A stretch of DNA of 64,000 nucleotides from an uncultured Acidimicrobiia bacterium (GTDB taxonomy: Bacteria > Actinomycetota > Acidimicrobiia > IMCC26256 > JAENVU01), in the NCBI GenBank assembly GCA_963847815.1, contig CAWKBF010000001.1:20773-84772 (forward strand), written 5' to 3'. Positions within the stretch are counted from its first letter, which is position 1. Each line of letters begins with the position of its first letter. A program made the translations under genes and the position numbers. Below are positions 59,543 through 64,000 of this stretch, piece by piece. Under the pieces are notes generated by a model that had not been told where the DNA came from, made no database searches, and saw nothing but the letters and a program-made list of their open reading frames with translations.

Positions 59543-61001
59543 GTGATCCGATCGCATCTGCCTTCCTCACCGATCTTCTCCCGACTCACGGCCGCGTTCG
59601 CGGCGGTCGTGGCGCTCCTCCTCGTTGCGGGGATGGTGCAGCTCCTGCCGTCCGCCGGCGCGGGCGACACGGTCATCAGGCAGATGGCGGGTCACGCCGA
59701 TGCGGGCTCGGTCGACGTGAATCGCGACGGAAGGACGGACCTGCGCAGCTACGGCGCGAGCAGCCGGTCGCTCTCGATCGGCGAGATCCCGGCGGACGGC
59801 GACGACCTCCGTCTCTTCATCCCGTTCACCGTCTCCTCCGATGCGATCGCCGCGATGCACAGGGGTGGCACCGCGAGCGTGTCGATGCGGGTGTGGCGGG
59901 TCGCCCACCTCGGTGCGCACAAGGTGGTGGTCGACGGCGCGACGAGTCGCGCCACGGCCGTCAGCGCCTCGAGCATCAGTGCCGCACACAGCCGCGCCGA
60001 GACGCGACTCGTCATCTTCGCTCCGGTGCGGGGTCGGGTCGCCTTCGACGTGTCGCGCATCGTGCGGAAGATGAAGCGACCGGGAACGCTCACGCTCAGG
60101 TTGCGCCTCGACCGGCCGGCGCCCAGAGACGGGGTCCGGACCCAGGTCAGCGTCGCAACCTCGGAGTCACACAACGATGCGAACCGACCAGTGCTCCTGG
60201 TGAGCACGCTCGGCAACCCTCCGACGTCGAATGCCCCGACGACGAGCCCGACCTCGGAAGCGCCGTCGAGCACGACGACGCCGGCACCGACTGCCGCTTC
60301 GACGACCACGACCACGACGACACCGCCGGCCTCGAACGAGGTCTTCCGGGACGACTTCAACGGCGCGTCGTCGAACCTCGCGAAGTGGCGCCCGAACTGG
60401 CTCGCGGGCACCGACGGCGCGATCACCAAGCCGGTGAACTCCCAGGAGCTGTCCTGCTACGACCCCGCGCAGGTCTCGGTGAGTGGCGGCTACCTGCACC
60501 TGAACGCGGTCAACCGGCCGTGTCGGGCCGACAACGGCACCACCTACCCGTACGCTTCGGGGCTCGTCGAGTCCGCGCACGACTTCACGTTCACCTACGG
60601 ACGGGTCGAAGCGCGCGTCTTCGTGCCGTCGACCGGGAGCGCGGTCTCGAACTGGCCGGCGTTCTGGACCAACGGGACCGGCACGTGGCCGGTCACCGGT
60701 GAGAACGACATCATGGAGGGCCTCGAAGGCCACGCGTGCTGGCACTTCCATTCGCCCCTCGGGGGACCCGGCGACGTGCGCGAGCACGTCGAGCCCGGGC
60801 GGCTGGCACACGTACGCGGCGGACTGGCGCGCCGGCTCGGTGACGTACTTCTACGACGGTGTGCAGGTCGGACGCATCACGACGGGCATCACCGGCTCGC
60901 CGATGTTCCTGATCTTCAACCTCGGCGTGTCGACATCGATCTCGCCGCCGGTGCGGCTGCCGTCGGAGATGCTCGTCGACTGGGTGCGAGTGACCCGCTA
61001 G
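59543..61001 (+). pseudogene. Secreted GH16 beta-glucanase-like protein with an N-terminal domain and a Thr/Pro linker; one +1 frame change
   Basis: ORF 59543..61426 has a GTG start, a signal peptide (FSRLTAAFAAVVALLLVAG) and the GH16 motif ENDIME. After HFHSPLGGPG...VEPG the real continuation GWHTYAADWRAGSVTYFYDGVQVG...VDWVRVTR-stop is in ORF 60699..61001. The shift is at GGG 60797-60799. Confidence 0.8.
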
Positions 61002-61348
61002 CCCAGGTCAGCGGGGCGATGGGCGTCGACGCTGGCGTCGGTCGAGAAGTCGAACTCGTCCACGAGCTCGTAGATGCCTCGCAACGTCGTGGACTCGATC
61101 ACGTCGTCGATGCGGTCGTGGCGCACTGCTTCCTGCGCGGCTACGTCGCTCAGGCCGATCTCGAGGCTCGCGACGTCGGGCAGGTCCACGAACGCGACGA
61201 CCAGGATCTCGCGGTCGTCGGCTGGGTTGCGCGAGACGAACGGGCCCCGGGTCGGGATGCCGAACCCCTTGTCCGGGTACCACGCCGCGATGAAGTCCTC
61301 GTAGGTCTTTCCGGGCCGGAGCCGACGGACGAAAACCGACACGAACAT
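60998..61348 (-). CDS. Hypothetical small protein (116 aa)
   Basis: This is the C-terminal part of ORF 60998..61483, from ATG 61348: MFVSVFVRRLRPGKTYEDFIAAWYPDKGFG.... It has coding-like composition, and I recognise no family. Its stop overlaps the GH16 stop (CTAG). Confidence 0.5.
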   Translation of the reverse strand: MFVSVFVRRLRPGKTYEDFIAAWYPDKGFGIPTRGPFVSRNPADDREILVVAFVDLPDVASLEIGLSDVAAQEAVRHDRIDDVIESTTLRGIYELVDEFDFSTDASVDAHRPADLG

Positions 61349-61473
61349 GGGCTGAAACGTATCCGCGCCGAAGATTCGAACGAAGAATTCCGGCGAGGTG
61401 TCCTCTGGGACGGAAGCCGTTCGTAGCCATGGGTGAGAGCCGGCAACGGGCCGGCGGATGAAAGGAGCCACCG

Positions 61474-61899
61474 ATGACTGCAACGCTCAGCCACTCCGAG
61501 ACGACGAAGACCCGTCAGCCCGGCGCCACCCGGAAGCTCTGGAAGACCGGCGCAGTCGCAGGCGTCTCGGCCGCCGTCGCCACGACCGCGCTCGCTGCCG
61601 GTGCGCAGGCCGCCGATGTCTCGCTGAAGGTCGGTGGCGAGTCCATCCCGGTGATCGGATTTGCTCAGATGACGCTCGTCGGGGCGATCGTCGGCACGAT
61701 CCTCGCGGTGGTGCTGTCGCACCGGGCCCGACGTCCTCGCGACACGTTCCTGGTCACCACGGTCGTGCTGACCGCACTCTCGTTCATCCCCGACGTGACG
61801 GCCGAGGCGGCCAGTGCGACGAAGATCCTGCTCGCCCTGACCCATGTGGTCGCCGCGGCGATCGTCATCCCCGCACTCGCCTCGCGTCTCTCCGACTGA
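61474..61899 (+). CDS. Small membrane protein (DUF6069-like, by eye)
   Basis: This is ORF 61474..61899 with an AAAGGAG RBS. It has four hydrophobic segments and sits first in a three-gene set with YciI and a sigma factor. Confidence 0.6.
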   Translation: MTATLSHSETTKTRQPGATRKLWKTGAVAGVSAAVATTALAAGAQAADVSLKVGGESIPVIGFAQMTLVGAIVGTILAVVLSHRARRPRDTFLVTTVVLTALSFIPDVTAEAASATKILLALTHVVAAAIVIPALASRLSD

Positions 61900-61932
61900 C
61901 ATCCTGCAACCCAACCCGAAAGGAACTTCGTC

Positions 61933-62292
61933 ATGGCCCAGTACCTCCTCTCCGTGCACAACACCAAGGAAAGCCTCGAGAAGTGGACGCCCGAAGAGCA
62001 GCAGAAGGCGTTCGAGGACGTGGACGCGTTCAACCAGGAAGTGCAGGCCGCCGGCGCCTGGGTGTTCGCCGGCGGACTCCAGGGGGCCGAGATCGCCACG
62101 GTCGTTCGCACCGAAGGCGGCACGACCACCACGACCGATGGACCGTTTCCGGAGGCCAAGGAGCAGCTCGGCGGGTTCTGGATCATCGACGTCGAGGATC
62201 TCGATGCGGCGCTCGCGTGGGCGGCCAAGGGCTCCGCAGCATGCGCAGGCCCCGTCGAGGTCCGTCCGTTCCAGACCGAGCCTCCCGCGTAG
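61933..62292 (+). CDS. YciI-family protein
   Basis: This is ORF 61933..62292. The sequence MAQYLLSVH...[30 protein letters not shown] is a typical YciI/DGPF pattern. Confidence 0.85.
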   Translation: MAQYLLSVHNTKESLEKWTPEEQQKAFEDVDAFNQEVQAAGAWVFAGGLQGAEIATVVRTEGGTTTTTDGPFPEAKEQLGGFWIIDVEDLDAALAWAAKGSAACAGPVEVRPFQTEPPA

Positions 62293-62300
62293 AGCTTCAC

Positions 62301-63552
62301 GTGCCGGCCATCGACCCGACCGAGCTCGAACGGATCTTCCGTGAGGAGTCCGGTCGGGTCGTGGCCACCCTGGTCCGTCTCTTCGGCGACATCGACATCG
62401 CCGAGGAGATGGTCCAGGACGCGTTCGTGGTCGCGAGCGAGAAGTGGCCGGTGACCGGCGTGCCCCCGAACCCCGGCGGCTGGCTCACGACCACCGCCCG
62501 CAACCGGGCGATCGACCGCTTGCGCCGCGAAGCCTCCCGCGATGACCGTCACGCCCAAGCCGCGCTGCTCCACGAGCGCGCCGAGCCACCCGAACCGGAG
62601 GGCGAGGTGAGCGACGACCGGCTCCGACTCATCTTCACCTGCTGCCACCCGTCGCTCGCCCCGAGCGCGCAGGTCGCACTCACCTTGCGCCTGCTCGGCG
62701 GGCTCGAGACGCCGTACATCGCCCGGGCGTTCCTCGTCCCGGAAGAGACGATGGCGAAGCGGCTCGTGCGGGCGAAGCGCAAGATCCGCGACGCCAAGAT
62801 CCCGTACCGGGTGCCGAGCGACGCGGAGCTCCCCGATCGGCTCGGCTCGGTGCTCGCAGTGATCTACCTCATCTTCAACGAGGGCTACACCGCGACCGAA
62901 GGCGACGAGCTCATCCGTGCCGACCTCTGCACCGAGGCGGTCCGCCTCGCGCGCATCCTTGCCCAGCTCATGCCGGACGAGTTCGAAGTCGTCGGTCTGC
63001 TCGCGCTGATGATGCTGATCGAGTCACGCCGCGCGGCTCGCGCGACATCCGACGGGGCCATGGTCCTGCTCCCGGACCAGGACCGCACGCTCTGGGAACG
63101 CGACCTCGTCGTCGAGGGTCAGGAGCTCGTGCGCCGGTGCCTGCAGGCGAACCGCCCCGGTCCGTACCAGATCCAGGCGGCGATCAACGCGGTGCACAGT
63201 GACGCGCCGACCGCGGCGCTCACCGACTGGGATCAGATCGTGCAGCTCTACGACCTGCTCATGGCGATCGCGCCGGGTCCTGTGGCCGCACTCAACCGCG
63301 CGGGTCGCGCTCGCAGAGCGCGATGGCGCGTCACCGGCGCTGGAGCTCGTCGATGATCTCGACCTCGACTCGTACCACCTCTTCCATGCGGTGCGCGCCG
63401 ACCTACTCGAGCGCGTCGGCCGCGACGACGACGCCATCGCCGCGTACGACCGCGCGATCGAGCTCGCGGGGAACGGAGCCGAACGCAGCTTGCTCGAGCA
63501 GAAGCGCGGCGGTGCTCGCGCCGTAGTGCGGGTCAGCCGGCAGCGGCGCTGA
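62301..63552 (+). pseudogene. ECF-type sigma factor with a long C-terminal helical extension (the class linked to YciI); one +1 frame change
   Basis: This is GTG 62301 within ORF 61458..63356. It has region 2 (FVVASEKWP...[18 protein letters not shown]) and region 4 ([22 protein letters not shown]). After PVAALNRA it continues as [19 protein letters not shown]...AIELAGNGAERSLLEQK in ORF 63199..63552. The shift is at GGG 63302-63304. Confidence 0.8.
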
Positions 63553-64000
63553 GTGCCTCGAACTGCTGATCGGTCAGCGTGATCGACGCGGCGGCGAGGT
63601 TGTCGTCGAGGTGCGCGACGCTCGATGTACCCGGGATCGGCAGCATCGCGGGGGAGCGCTCCAGGAGCCACGCGAGCGCGAGCTGCGACGGGGTGGCATC
63701 CAGCTCCGTGGCGATCTGGTCCAGCGGGCCGCCCGCTCCGGCCAGCTCGCCGGTCGCAAGGGGGAACCACGGGATGAACCCGATGTCGTTCGCCTCGGCG
63801 TGGTCGAGCAGCGCCTCCGCCTCGCGATCGGCGAGGTTGTAGCGGTTCTGCACGGTCACGATGGTCGCGGTCTTCTGCGCGTCGACCAGCTCGTCGACGC
63901 TGACCTCGGACAGGCCGATGTGATGGATCTTCCCTTCGGCCTGCAGCGCCGCGAGCTCGCCGACCTGCTCGGCGAGGGGCACCTTCGGGTCGATCCGGTG
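63533..64000 (-). CDS. Aldo/keto reductase, C-terminal part (the gene continues beyond the right edge)
   Basis: ORF 63533..63982 stays open upstream to base 64000 (IDPKVPLAEQVGEL...). The motifs are IGLSEVS, QNRYNL and LPIPGTSSVAHLDDN. Confidence 0.85.
   Translation of the reverse strand, partial: HRIDPKVPLAEQVGELAALQAEGKIHHIGLSEVSVDELVDAQKTATIVTVQNRYNLADREAEALLDHAEANDIGFIPWFPLATGELAGAGGPLDQIATELDATPSQLALAWLLERSPAMLPIPGTSSVAHLDDNLAAASITLTDQQFEALSAAAG

Noticed and set aside
3730-63552. Programmed ribosomal frameshifting as an explanation for the many +1 frame changes.
   Set aside because: The sites have no common slippery heptamer or downstream structure. They occur up to eight times in one gene and in unrelated genes. 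Indels, whether real or technical, are the simpler explanation.
1-64000. Search by eye for rRNA, tRNA, CRISPR arrays, IS elements, integrases, phage genes, toxin-antitoxin pairs and known defence genes.
   Set aside because: None was found. Intergenic spaces are short (mostly under 250 bp) and contain no cloverleaf-like or repeat-spacer structure. A proper tRNAscan, Infernal or ISfinder run would be needed to exclude small elements.

Overview
The window is visibly GC-rich (roughly two-thirds to 70 percent by eye, not computed). It is probably chromosomal DNA from an Actinomycetota-like organism; that is inferred from an F420-type LLM oxidoreductase, cyclase-ATPase regulators, and the lipobox and Tat signals. 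I can support about 55 protein-coding loci. I found no rRNA, tRNA, CRISPR, transposase, integrase or phage genes.

Gene content:
- Secreted hydrolases: GH3, GH5-PKD, GH16, a zincin metalloprotease, a lipase, a penicillin-acylase-like protein and two serine proteases.
- An 11-gene co-directional array (19.7-31.2 kb): ABC-2 exporter, sulfatase, tandem CoA-transferase, amidohydrolase, crotonase, DUF35 plus SCP-x thiolase, sulfotransferase and hydrolase.
- A tatA / tatBC locus joined to an operon for two Tat-signal ferritin-like proteins and a cupredoxin.
- ahpC-ahpF-oxyR.
- Two ECF sigma loci.

Most notable observations:
1. An ECF sigma gene with no anti-sigma gene nearby lies divergent from a soluble Ser/Thr kinase. 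These are followed by an FHA-anchored extracytoplasmic protease and a membrane-anchored Hsp70-like ATPase.
2. Two nearly identical GGAAC-N17-CGTC promoter and leader cassettes sit in front of the two serine-protease genes that flank that sigma gene.
3. At least 27 frame disruptions occur in 13 otherwise recognisable genes. Of these, 24 behave as single-base insertions, mostly in short G or C runs, and they cluster at 8.7-11.7 kb and 56.7-59.1 kb. The cause could be assembly error or real decay.
4. A degraded cyclase/STAND paralog has a central block of about 430 bp that reads on the opposite strand.

All family calls come from motif recognition by eye. No database search was run.
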